Shown: positions 8,713 to 18,166 of the stretch, one piece after another
How the letters are laid out: every line of letters starts with the position of its first letter
Numbering within the stretch: the first letter of the stretch is position 1
Origin: an uncultured Nitrospinota bacterium
GTDB lineage: Bacteria > Tectomicrobia > Entotheonellia > J063 > CAVPRW01
Direction of reading: 5' to 3'
Assembly: GCA_963707985.1 (NCBI GenBank)
Contig: CAVPRW010000010.1
Location: 1-64,000 of the forward strand
Length of the DNA: 64,000 nt
Position numbers and translations under genes: made by a program
The notes under the pieces: generated by a model
The model's database searches: none
What the model saw: only the letters and a program-made list of their open reading frames with translations
What the model was told of the DNA's origin: nothing

Positions 8713-9756
8713 ATGCGATTCTACACCAAACAGCACCCCTTTTACTGCGGCATCGATCTTCATGCTCGTACTATGTACGTCTGTATCCTGAATCAGGCAG
8801 GTGAAACGTTGCTGCACCGCAACATGACCGCGACGCCAGAGGCGCTGCTCAAGGCTATCACCCCCTACCGCGAGCAGATCGTCGTGGCCGCCGAATGTAG
8901 GTTTACCTGGTATGGGCTCGCCGACCTCTGCGCCGATCACGGGATCCCTTTTGTGCTGGGGCATGCCCTCTACATGAAAGCCATCCACGGTGGCAAAGCG
9001 AAAAACGACAAAATCGACTCCCAAAAGATTGCTGCACTGCTGCGCGGCGGTATGCTCCCCCAAGCCTATGTGTACCCCGCCGAGAGGCGCGCCACCCGCG
9101 ACCTGCTGCGCCGCCGCATGCATCTGGCCCGCAAACGCGGGGAACTCCTCGCCCATGTGCAGAATACCAACCGTCAGTATAACCTGCCCGCCATCGGCAA
9201 AAAAATCGCCTACAAAGCCAACCGCGAGGGTGGCGCCGAGCGTTTTGCCGATCCGGCAGTTCAAAAGAGCATTGAGGTGGATCTTGCCCTCATCACTTCC
9301 TACGATGCACTGCTGCGTGACGTTGAACGCACCATCCTTAAAACCGCCAGGCACCATGACGCCCAGACCCTCTATCTGCTGCAAACAGTCCCTGGTATCG
9401 GCAAGATCCTCAGCCTCGTGCTCCTCTACGAAATTCATGATATCGCGCGCTTCCCGCGGGTGCAGGATTTTGCCTCGTATTGTCGCCTGGTCAAATGTGC
9501 CAAAGAATCGGCGGGGAAACGCTCTGGCACTTCCGGCAGCAAAATCGGCAACGCCCATCTCAAGTGGGCCTTCTCCGAAGCTGCCGTCTTATTCTTACGG
9601 GATAATCCTCCCGGTCAGAAATTGCTGACCCAACTAGAAAAAAAACACAGCAAGGGCAAAGCCCTCACGATCCTCGCTCATAAATTGGCTCGGGCCGTCT
9701 ACTACATGTTAAAACGCCAGACAGCTTTTGATATGCATGCCTTTTTGAACGAGTAA
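8713..9756 (+). CDS. IS110 family DEDD transposase/recombinase
   Basis: YCGIDLH, K.KNDKIDS.KIA, L.TVPGIG, EI.DI.RF and GNAHLKWAFSEAA. Confidence 0.95.
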   Translation: MRFYTKQHPFYCGIDLHARTMYVCILNQAGETLLHRNMTATPEALLKAITPYREQIVVAAECRFTWYGLADLCADHGIPFVLGHALYMKAIHGGKAKNDKIDSQKIAALLRGGMLPQAYVYPAERRATRDLLRRRMHLARKRGELLAHVQNTNRQYNLPAIGKKIAYKANREGGAERFADPAVQKSIEVDLALITSYDALLRDVERTILKTARHHDAQTLYLLQTVPGIGKILSLVLLYEIHDIARFPRVQDFASYCRLVKCAKESAGKRSGTSGSKIGNAHLKWAFSEAAVLFLRDNPPGQKLLTQLEKKHSKGKALTILAHKLARAVYYMLKRQTAFDMHAFLNE

Positions 9757-10075
9757 GGGAGGGGAGTTGGTGAACTCAACGTCTAACTGGACAGCCATGG
9801 GATGAACCTGATCCCCAACGCTCAATATCGTGTCAACCACTGCGTCTGTGAACGCTCCTGAGCGTCTAGGTCGTTGTCCCTGAGCCATCCCTTTGATTAG
9901 ACACCGACTCCTGCTCCTGTTGGCACCGGTGCGCGTGTCTCTCAGCGGTGCGCGTGCACCGGCATGCCAGCATCCACGCCTGAAAGCAACCGCGTACGGA
10001 CCAGCACGTGTGCCAAGACATCGAGAACAAATACCGCGCTGAGAAGGACACTCTCAACTAGGAAAGGCAACGCCT

Positions 10076-10444
10076 ATGTATCAACGTGCAGAACACCGTC
10101 GGCACCAGGCGCTCGACCGATACCTGGCCGACGAGAAGATCGCGGACATCTGTCGGCACCTGGCCTGCGCGAAAAGCTGGCTCTACAAGTGGCGGAAGCG
10201 CTCTGATGCCGCCAATCCCGCCTGGGTCCAGGAACGCTCGACACGACCCCAGCACTCTCCGACCCGCATGCCCGAACACGTCGTACAGGCCATCGTGTCC
10301 CTCCACGAGGCGTTACGCCACAACGGCACGGACGGTGGTGCCACGATCATCCTCCAGGCGCTCACCCAGCAAGGGATAGAGCCCATGCCCTCGCGACGAA
10401 CCAGTGACCGTATTCTACGCCGCTACCACACGGAGGTGAAATAA
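10076..10444 (+). CDS. HTH protein resembling an IS481-type N-terminus, carried inside the IS110 non-coding region
   Basis: IADICRHLACAKSWLYKWRKR..W.QERS.RP..SP.R..PSRRT..RILRR. Confidence 0.65.
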   Translation: MYQRAEHRRHQALDRYLADEKIADICRHLACAKSWLYKWRKRSDAANPAWVQERSTRPQHSPTRMPEHVVQAIVSLHEALRHNGTDGGATIILQALTQQGIEPMPSRRTSDRILRRYHTEVK

Positions 10445-10814
10445 CGGAGGCCAAACGCATCACGTACGTGTCTTCTCGACAGTGACCGGCTTTCTCATAC
10501 AGCAATAGTTGTCAACGGGTCACGTGTGCTGCTCCTCACCCGAGCCTGAACCCTAAGTGGAGAACGGGTAACCGTTCATCCTACCTTTGACTAGGACGGT
10601 ACGAGGGCACCGATATGTTTCTAGGTCGCAGCAACCAGACGGATGGGTTGCTGCACTCGTCATAGACATGACGAGCGAACCTCAATAAGTGTTTGGTGCA
10701 GCCACGGTGGGGCACCAGCCTGTGAAATCAAGTCAGAATACGTTGCCGATGACCAACGATGCTGGGCATTCACGAGGCGGAAAAAATGCAAAAAACCCGC
10801 TCGGAGGATATCTT

Positions 10815-10872
10815 TGTCCCTTGCCAACCGGGGGCCTCATAAGTGTCCCTTGCCAACCGGGGGCCTCATAAG
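10815..10872 (+). repeat. Perfect 29-bp tandem duplication of the IS110 right end
   Basis: tgtcccttgccaaccgggggcctcataag at 10815-10843 and 10844-10872. Confidence 0.95.
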
Positions 10873-10928
10873 TGTCCGGCTTTTTACACCGCCGCCCTGC
10901 CTTACAATAGAAAGGAAGCAGAGCCCCA

Positions 10929-11390
10929 TCAACTCTCCTGCTGCGCACGTTTGGCAACAAGGATGGTATCCTTATGGACCAGAACCGGTTGCCCGTCCTG
11001 ATTGGTCACGGTGATCCGGCTGTGCACGATGCCTCGGTCCGGTCGCGTTTGTGACTCGCGCTTCTCCAGCCACTCAATGCGGAGCGAAAGTCGGTCCCCC
11101 ACGCGCGCCGGGTTGGGAAACCGGACCTCGTCCCAGCCAAGACCCGCCAGAATGACCGGCGGCACCGGCATATGATGCAGGAGCCAGGTACGGATCGCCA
11201 TGATGTGGCTGCCTGAAGCGATCAGGCCACGGTATATGGAGGCTGCGGCAGCGTGCTCATCGATATGGAACGGCTGGGGATCCCACTTGCTTGCAAACGC
11301 CACCACGTCGTCTTTGGTGACCTCGTACTCTCCAACGTGCACCGTCTGTCCGATTTCAATGTCTTGATAGTAGAGTACACTCATGGCCAC
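10929..11390 (-). CDS. Cassette gene: MaoC family dehydratase
   Basis: FASKWDPQPFHIDE.AA..S.Y.GLIASG.H and LGWDEVRFP.P.R.GD.L. Confidence 0.9.
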   Translation of the reverse strand: MAMSVLYYQDIEIGQTVHVGEYEVTKDDVVAFASKWDPQPFHIDEHAAAASIYRGLIASGSHIMAIRTWLLHHMPVPPVILAGLGWDEVRFPNPARVGDRLSLRIEWLEKRESQTRPDRGIVHSRITVTNQDGQPVLVHKDTILVAKRAQQES

Positions 11391-11434
11391 TTCTCCCAGA
11401 GCTACACTGTCCGACGCCAGGGTCGATTAGCGGA

Positions 11435-11499
11435 GCCGAACGCTCCGCTTGAGGGGCGCGGCGATGTTTGCCGCGTCCCTCTCGAAGCGGTTGTTATGC
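11435..11499 (-). repeat. Integron attC site 6 (65 bp)
   Basis: Minus strand GCATAAC-aaccgcttcgagagggacgcggc...gcgcccctcaagcggagc-GTTCGGC. Confidence 0.9.
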
Positions 11500-11505
11500 C
11501 TGGTC

Positions 11506-11681
11506 TCATAGCTTCTTCGCCAGAGCAGACAGTTCTGGCACGGAGACTTCAGGTGATGGCTCGATGACGCGCAGGTTAGTGCCGTTGGTTTCCTGGTGCA
11601 ATTGGCGCGCTGTTCTCAATACCGTCTTCGCATGACGGTATCGTTCCTGGTTGCCATCAACCGTTTGCGGAGCTGTGGTTG
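11506..11681 (-). pseudogene. Detached 3' end of the OLD-like ATPase cassette gene
   Basis: Removing the IS3 and one GTTG restores ...NLGQLA-TTAPQTVDGN...LAKKL* in frame (563 aa). Confidence 0.85.
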
Positions 11682-14574
11682 TATAATGTACCCCAAAAAC
11701 TGGACAGGCTATTAAGATAGCATGCTGTGTCAATGTACGATGAGTAAGGAGGGAGGAGATGTCGACACAGCGGAAGCGCTATAGCGCTGAGTTCAAAGCC
11801 CGTGTGGCGTTGGAGGCCCTCAAAGGGCACAAAACGGTCAACGAGTTAGCCAGTAGCTATGGGGTGCATCCGACCCAGATCACACACTGGAAACATCAGC
11901 TCCAACAGGAGATTCCCCACATTTTCTCGGCTGGCCGGGACAAGCGTACACAAGACCAAGAAGCCCTCCAAGCGCAGTTGTATCAACAGATCGGGCAACT
12001 CAAAGTGGAGTTGGACTGGTTGAAAAAAAAGTGGGAGGTACCACCTGACGCCAAACGCGGGTTGATCGAGCCCGATCACCCTCGGATCAGCATCGCCCGG
12101 CAGTGTGCTCTTGTGGGGCTCTCACGGTCCAGTTTTTACTATGTGCCCACGGGGGAGAGTCTTGAGAACCTCCGGGTGATGCGGTGTTGGATGAACAGTA
12201 CACGCGAACCCCTTTCTATGGCGTGCGTCGGATGACGGCTTGGCTGAAGGGACAAGGGTACGCCATGAATCACAAACGGGTGGCGTGGCTGATGCAGACG
12301 ATGGGCCTTGAGACGCTCTATGCCAAACCGCGCACGAGCCAGCGACAGCCCGGCCACCGGGTGTATCCCTACTTAGTATCTGCTGATTTTCTTCTGTATT
12401 GAGAGATCACGAGGTGATCCATAGGACAAGTAAGGGAGAAAACCGGGTGGTCTGACAAGGTGTTTGAAGGCGTCAGCGTCAACATTGGTCAATCCGGTCC
12501 TGTTATCGCCATTTGCGGGCGCACGGGTGGCGGGCAGCGGACCCTCTGCCGTCTCTCTTGGGAGGCCGATCAACTGAGGCCAGTTCGCCAGCGAGGGCGA
12601 TGGACTAGAGGCGGAGCTTGCGCAGCGTGCTCTCCGCAAGGGCCTCGGCTCGGTAGAGCTGCAGGAACTTTTTCAAGTTGTCGGCGCACTGGCTGAGCCG
12701 CGTCCACAGAGTTGCGCCTTGGAGGCCGCGGTAGAGGCTTCGTCCGAAGCCGCGCAGATGTTTGGCCACGGCAATAAAGCCTTCCGTGGCGGAACGGGCG
12801 TTTCGACAGTCCTCTTGTTGGGCCTCATCGACATCGGAGCTGCGTCCCATAAAGACATGGTCGATCTCTTTGGCGTTGAGATTGAGGTTCTTGGCACTTC
12901 GAAAGCCGAGATCGGTGACGGCCGTGCCCGGATACGCGTGCATGCGCGCTCGAAAGCGCTCCACGGTTGGCCCATAGAGGGTTGTGTCGTTGGGCTGGCC
13001 CATGAAGTTGTCGGTGGTGCTCATCAAGCCTTGGCGGTTGAAGGTCATGTGGAGCGTGGTGCCAAATTCCGTGCTGGGGTAGCTCTTGCCTTTCTTGATG
13101 GGTCGGGCATCGAGGTCATCGAGAGAAACCAAGCGATGGTCCATGTGACTTTCCCCAGCCAATTTCTGTTGGGTTTGCTCATCAAGGAGCGTCAGCACCT
13201 CACGCAGGTGGCTCCATCGCTGCCGCAGGGGGCTTTGAGGCAGGTGAGCGCGGGGCTCTGCAAAGCGCTCGAAGGCGGGCACAAACACGGTGTAGAACTC
13301 ACGGAGCTAGGTGAGGCGATCCTTCGGGTCCAGGTTGTAAGCCCGCCAGAGTTGTTTGACGTGCGTCGGGTTCCACCACAGCTCGATCTGGCCCTCTTTG
13401 GCCACCGCCTCCATCTTGCCGAAGGCCTGATAGAGGAGCCGCACGTCAGTGGGATACATGATCGGGCTTTCCAAGACGGTGGTGTCCATGAGCATCATGT
13501 CGGCGTCGATGACCGAAGCGCGTTTAAGGTGCGTCAAGACCTGGTCTGCAATGATCAAAGCTCCCTCTGCGCCGAGGCGTTTTCGAAACCGGCAAAGCGT
13601 CGAGGGGGTCACAAAGGTCATGAGGTGGTGATCGGGGACATGGCAAAAGTACGGCATGTAGCGGTTTTCTTGAATCTCTTCGATCACTTTTCGATCGCTG
13701 AGTTGGCGCAGTCGGGAGAGGATGGCGGTGGCGACCAGTATGCGGAGGGAGTGTCCCTGGCGCCCTTTGTGCGGGTTGTAGTAAGGGACAAGGCGCTCCA
13801 TGATGGGCTGCCAAGGGATCATGTGGCGCAAGATGCTCAGATCATGGGTGGGGTGCGCCAGGTGAGTCTGGATCCACTCAGGACAGAACGCGTCTTCGAA
13901 TGTCTGTACTATCATGGCAAGGACCTCTGTGTGGGGTGTCGATCCATGTCGTGTTCGACATTATCCCACCTATCAGAGGTCACAGAAACATGCCATGGGA
14001 GAGAAAATCAGCAGATACTACTTACTGCGCGGTGTGCCGATCACCCACGTCAATCAAGTCTGGAGTACGGACATCACCTATATCCGGCTCCAGAGTGGCT
14101 TTGTGTATTTGGTCGCTGTGCTTGATTGGTTTAGTCGCTATGTGTTGTCCTGGGCGGTGTCCAATACCATGGATGTACACTTTTGTCTTGACGCCTTGGA
14201 GCACGCGTTAAGGAGGGCGCAACCGGAGGTGTTTAATAGTGATCAAGGGGCGCAATTCACCAGCACCGAGTTTACGAGCCGTTTGGAGACGGCCGGGATA
14301 CGGATTAGTATGGATGGACGTGGTCGGGCGCTGGACAACATCTTTGTCGAGCGCCTGTGGCGGACGGTGAAATATGAGGAGGTCTATTTGAAGGATTACG
14401 AGACACCACACCAGGCCACGAGGGAGTTAGGGCAATACTTCGCGTTTTACAATGAGCGCCGCCTACACCAGGCTCTGGCCTACCAGACACCCGCGGTGGT
14501 GTACTTCGAATTATAGGTCTCGCAGGCTATCTTAATTTACGCTGCAAATTGTCTTGACGATGGGGTACACCTTA
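11682..14574 (+). mobile_element. IS3 family element (orfA from 11759; orfB frameshifted and split by a nested IS)
   Basis: IRs TATAATGTACCCC / GGGGTACACCTTA; GTTG duplication at 11678-11681 and 14575-14578; RKRYSAEFKA, A8G slippery site, WSTDITY, NSDQG.QF, DNIFVERLWR. Confidence 0.92.
12376..14018 (-). mobile_element. IS5-like element nested in IS3; transposase 12605-13915 with an in-frame TAG at 13307
   Basis: Perfect 16-bp IR gtatctgctgattttc / gaaaatcagcagatac; TACTTA duplication at 12370-12375 and 14019-14024; PSTLCRFRKRLG, MDTTV.E..I.YPTD..LL, ARPIKKGK..TEFG. Confidence 0.88.
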
Positions 14575-16094
14575 GTTGCAAGTTGACCTAGATTCAAGGT
14601 TCCGAAAGTGCCCGCCTTCTTGGCAATGTCGGTTCTCCCGTTCACGTACTTCTCTATGGACAAATCTCGGCAGGCCTTGGTTGCTTCCTGCAGCAAATGC
14701 TTCATGTCGATTTCTGTCTTGCCGTTCAATGTTGCCAGATGCTTCGCATTAAGGAAATGAGACTCGATGTCCACACCATGGGTCAAAAATGGTTCTGCAC
14801 CCATGTTCCGAATCTCGGTTTCCCATTTTACACCCTCTTCGTCTGTCAGGTAGTCACGATCCCGATGAACGACGATCTTGGCCTTGGGATTTGAAGCCCT
14901 AATCAGTTCAAGCAGTGGGCGAAGATTGTGTGGTGTAGTGCATCCGTAGTAGGCAAGAACTAATGTCTCGTCCATCGGCGCACCTGAGGACGTCAAAAGT
15001 ACCTCTAACCCTCGTTTTAGTGCATCTTCAGTGAGGACAATGCATTTCGCATGTGACTGTGACAGCATTTCCTTCACGTCGAGAGCCCCGATATCTAGGA
15101 GTACTGCTAGGTCGTGGTCCTGCTCCATTTTCTCTACAGTCCCGTTGCGAACCCAAAGAAAGGTAGCCTGACCACTAAGGGCGTCAACCACGTGTCGTGA
15201 ATGGGTGGTGAGGAATACCTGAGTATCTCGCTCTTCAGCCACGCCCTGAAGTAGTTTGCAAAGCAGCCTCTGGTTGTTGGGATGCAGGTGCGAATCCGGT
15301 TCGTCCAAAATAATGGCCGAAGGGTGGAAATAGTGAACATACCCGAGGATTTGGACGGCCTGCAAAACGCCCGTCCCTGCAAGCTCTATCGGGACACGGC
15401 CTGTACCTGTGTCTGCAAAGACCATGATGTGCTCATCCGTGTCTTCGTTGTAACGGACAGCTATGTCGATATCGCCGAAAAGCTGTTTGAGGTCGTCCAG
15501 GAATTCCGACCACGCCTCCTTATGGCCCTCGTTTGAGAGCCGAAGGAGGATATTTCTCAGGACTAAGTTTGCGTCGCCTCTGGCGATCGTTCGGAGAAGG
15601 ACGCCGTTTGAGATGAAAGATTCGCTCCTTGCAATACCGGCAAGACCTGGAGAATAAATCGTGAATGGTTTTTCAAGGCTCGCCAATTTACTAGCCGCCG
15701 GCACGTTATCGACGTGAACATGAATGTTGCCATTCCTGCCCTTCCGCACTGCGAGGGCCACCTTCTCACCGTCCGCAAGGACCAAAGTGAGTTCGATTGC
15801 AGATTCACGATTCTCTATGAGTTGCCCACCCGAACCCAATGCATACAGATCTGCACACGGGGAATAGAGCAGTTGCGCGGGACTCAAACTCAATGCAACG
15901 GACTGGTTGTTCCCCCAACGATTAGCCAACTCAATCGACTGAAAGATGCCGATCCCGAAGTGAATTATCTGTGCAAGCGTACTCTTTCCAGAGTTGTTCG
16001 CGCCTATAAATGAATTGATAGCTGATACATCAAATGGCGCGTCCTTAATCCCCTTGAACCGCTTAACGTGGACTGATTGTAAAGGGTTACTCAC
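14575..16094 (-). pseudogene. Cassette gene: ABC/AAA ATPase with C-terminal TOPRIM-like domain (OLD family-like, candidate defence), disrupted by IS3
   Basis: Walker A GANNSGKS, Walker B IILDEPDSHLHP, H-loop LTTHS, then VLTED...RDRD; visibly lower GC than the flanks. Confidence 0.75.
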
Positions 16095-16111
16095 TCAAGA
16101 TCCTTTAATGG

Positions 16112-16170
16112 GCATAACGCGAAAGCTCAGGCGTGCGCGGTAGCGCATCGCCTGCAGCGCCTAGTTCGGC
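16112..16170 (-). repeat. Integron attC site 7 (59 bp)
   Basis: Minus strand GCCGAAC-taggcgctgcaggcgatgcgctaccgcgcacgcctgagctttcgc-GTTATGC. Confidence 0.9.
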
Positions 16171-16233
16171 ACAACTCGGGTGAGTCCCTCAGCCCGCCCG
16201 CCTTGCTGCCTTGGGTTCCACGGCGTGTTGGAG
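16169..16233 (-). repeat. Degenerate attC site 8, abutting attC7
   Basis: Minus strand CTCCAAC-acgccgtggaaccc...gggactcacccga-GTTGTGC. Confidence 0.55.
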
Positions 16234-16269
16234 GAATCTACTCCGACCCCCTGCGCTCGGACAAGTCGC

Positions 16270-17453
16270 TTAGAACGCTAGTACAGGGAGATCAGGGGGA
16301 AGACCTAGGTAGACCTGCCCCACAGTCTCATATCGGGATTCAGCGGCGAGTGCATGATGCTTCAATACTTGTATATCGCGGAAGTATCGTTCCAGCGGGC
16401 TCGTCGTACGAATCCCGCTCGTACCCGCCACACTGTACATCAACTCCACCGCTTTCGTCGCGCTGCTCGCTGCGTGGGTAATGGCGAGTAGCAGGTCCGC
16501 TTTTTGTATTAGCGAGTGTGTCTCTCCGGCTATGGTTGCTTCCCACGCTACGCTAAGGGTGTCGTAGAGTAATAAGCGACCCGAACGTAGGACTGCCTCC
16601 GCCTGTGCCACTTTGGCTTGCGCCGATGCTCGTTCTCGCAATAACGTGCTCGACGTAACCGGCGTTTTGCCCTGAGCCAGAGCGGACACCTCATCAATCG
16701 CTCTGCGCGCCACCGCGAGCATGACAGGAGGGATACTGGTTGCGACAACGCCAAATAACGGGAACCTATAGAGGGGACCCTGATAGTGGGAACCGGGCTC
16801 AAACTCCGGCACCATGGGGAACGTGCGGGCCTTGGGCACGAAGAGATCGTTCACCGATATGTCGTTGCTGCCGGTGCCTCGCATCCCCAGGACGTGCCAG
16901 GTGTCGATTATTTGGCAACTTTCACGGGGGAAATACACCATCACCATCTCCGGCTCGCCCTGGTTCTCTTCCCCAGGTTGGTCTCCTCCCGTCACCATTG
17001 CCGTCATAGCGATCCAGTCTGCATCGTAGCAGTTGCTGACGAAGGGCGCTCGCCCGGTGATGCGATACCCACCCGGGGCCGGGCTGCCGTCACCGGGCGC
17101 CCAAATTGCGCTGCGATCAATACGTTCGCACCATTGCTGTAAATCTCCTCGGCTCCCTCATCCGGCAATCGGGCACAGAAGTGCGCCCAGTCTAAGGGGT
17201 TGCAGAGGGTCCAACCGGCCGCAGTGTCGTGCCCCGCAATCTCTTCGGCTACGAGGGTGCGGGTTATGGGATTTACTTCGAGACCACCCAGGGAGCGAGG
17301 GGTGAACATACGCAACAATCCCGTTTCATACAACGCGGCCAGGACTGGCTGCGACAGGCGGCGCTCTCGCTCTGCTTCCTCATTGTGTTCACGGATCACC
17401 GGTGCAATGTGTCGAGCGGCCTCTATCAGTGTTGTGTCTGCATTGATCTGCAT
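16270..17453 (-). pseudogene. First cassette: acyl-CoA dehydrogenase-fold flavin-dependent hydroxylase (HsaA-like), frameshifted near 17080
   Basis: EAERERRL...L.ETGL.RM..PR.LGGLE in one frame; DTWHVLGMRGTGSND and LERYFRD in the next. Confidence 0.85.
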
Positions 17454-17488
17454 GTCATCCTCCTACCAAATGGTTCTTCCTTCGGCTC

Positions 17489-17520
17489 TTCCAACGCCGA
17501 TCTATACGCTCTGCCGAATC
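17489..17520 (-). other. Candidate attI site (crossover G17495|TTGGAA)
   Basis: GTTGGAAG about 40 nt upstream of the first cassette gene, complementary (1 mismatch) to attC8 R'' CCTCCAAC; not part of an attC palindrome; lies between the array and intI. Confidence 0.5.
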
Positions 17521-17812
17521 GTGGCGCTGACCCGCGAGCACGGCGGATGGGAGCAGGCTTGCCTGCGGAAATCCGACGAGCGCAGCCGGGTCCAGTGCCT
17601 TGTTCCGGCGCGCGGAGCGCGGCGGGGCAAGGCACTGGACGAAGTCGGCGCCACGATTCGGCGCGACGCAGTCGCGGGAATGCGCGAGTTGAGCAGTGCC
17701 CCGCAGGGGCATCTGTTCGAACTCCTGGTTCTCCCCGGAGCGGAGCGGAGGGGAAACCAGGAGTTCGCTGCTCAACTCGCGCATTCCCCCCGGAGCGAAG
17801 CGGAGGGGGGAA
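17513..17812. repeat. Branched multi-hairpin palindromic element between attI and intI
   Basis: Stems 17513-31/17644-62, 17590-602/17628-40, 17676-96/17768-88, 17718-30/17755-67 and 17784-91/17805-12. Confidence 0.85.
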
Positions 17813-18166
17813 CAAGTTATTCTACAGTTTCTGGATACCTTCACGACGTTGAAAGGTTCTGCGTGTTTCTACGCGGTAACAGGCTCTCTGGTTTGTGGTC
17901 GCTCACTGGTGCCCTGACCTCCCACATCGTTCGTCATTTTTTGCGGTTCTTTGATACTTTCAGGGGAGAAAGCCGACGAATAGATAGGGAAGGTAGATTA
18001 CGATCAATATTTAGCGCCACGAACCCTGGTTTCCCACAAACTGTTACATTGGGGATTTGATCATACTCCCAGGCAGAATTTCGTGACAAGTGTTTTCGGC
18101 CACTTCTCTCCTACGTTCTGTATAACATGTCATACGGCAGGATAGTATACTTCAGGAGAACTCCCT

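Larger units (their letters stand above)
8625..10874 (+). mobile_element. IS110 family (IS1111-like) element inserted in attC5
   Basis: Sub-terminal IR acttattgaggccccc (8627-8642) / gggggcctca-taagt (10859-10873); TG core at both junctions; long 3' non-coding region. Confidence 0.8.

Noticed and set aside
8710..9558. 282-aa minus-strand ORF
   Set aside because: Antisense shadow of the IS110 transposase
10680..10691. CCTCAATAAGT as the IS110 right end
   Set aside because: The longer IR and attC restoration place the end at 10874; this copy may be an internal donor-like sequence
12719..14125. 468-aa plus-strand ORF
   Set aside because: Antisense shadow of the nested transposase
5332..16233. 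Spaced palindromes as a CRISPR array or simple terminators
   Set aside because: The repeats are non-identical, gene-spaced and lack U-tails; they fit attC
17807..17830. GAATAACTTGTT as an alternative attI
   Set aside because: The following bases (CCCC) do not fit TTRRRY or complement any R''; kept only as a weak alternative
17200..18060. 286-aa plus-strand ORF, including a Xer-like phrase YSTVSGYLHDVERFCVFL
   Set aside because: It spans the antisense of a gene and the palindrome, with no start context or catalytic residues; the better IntI remnant starts at 18167
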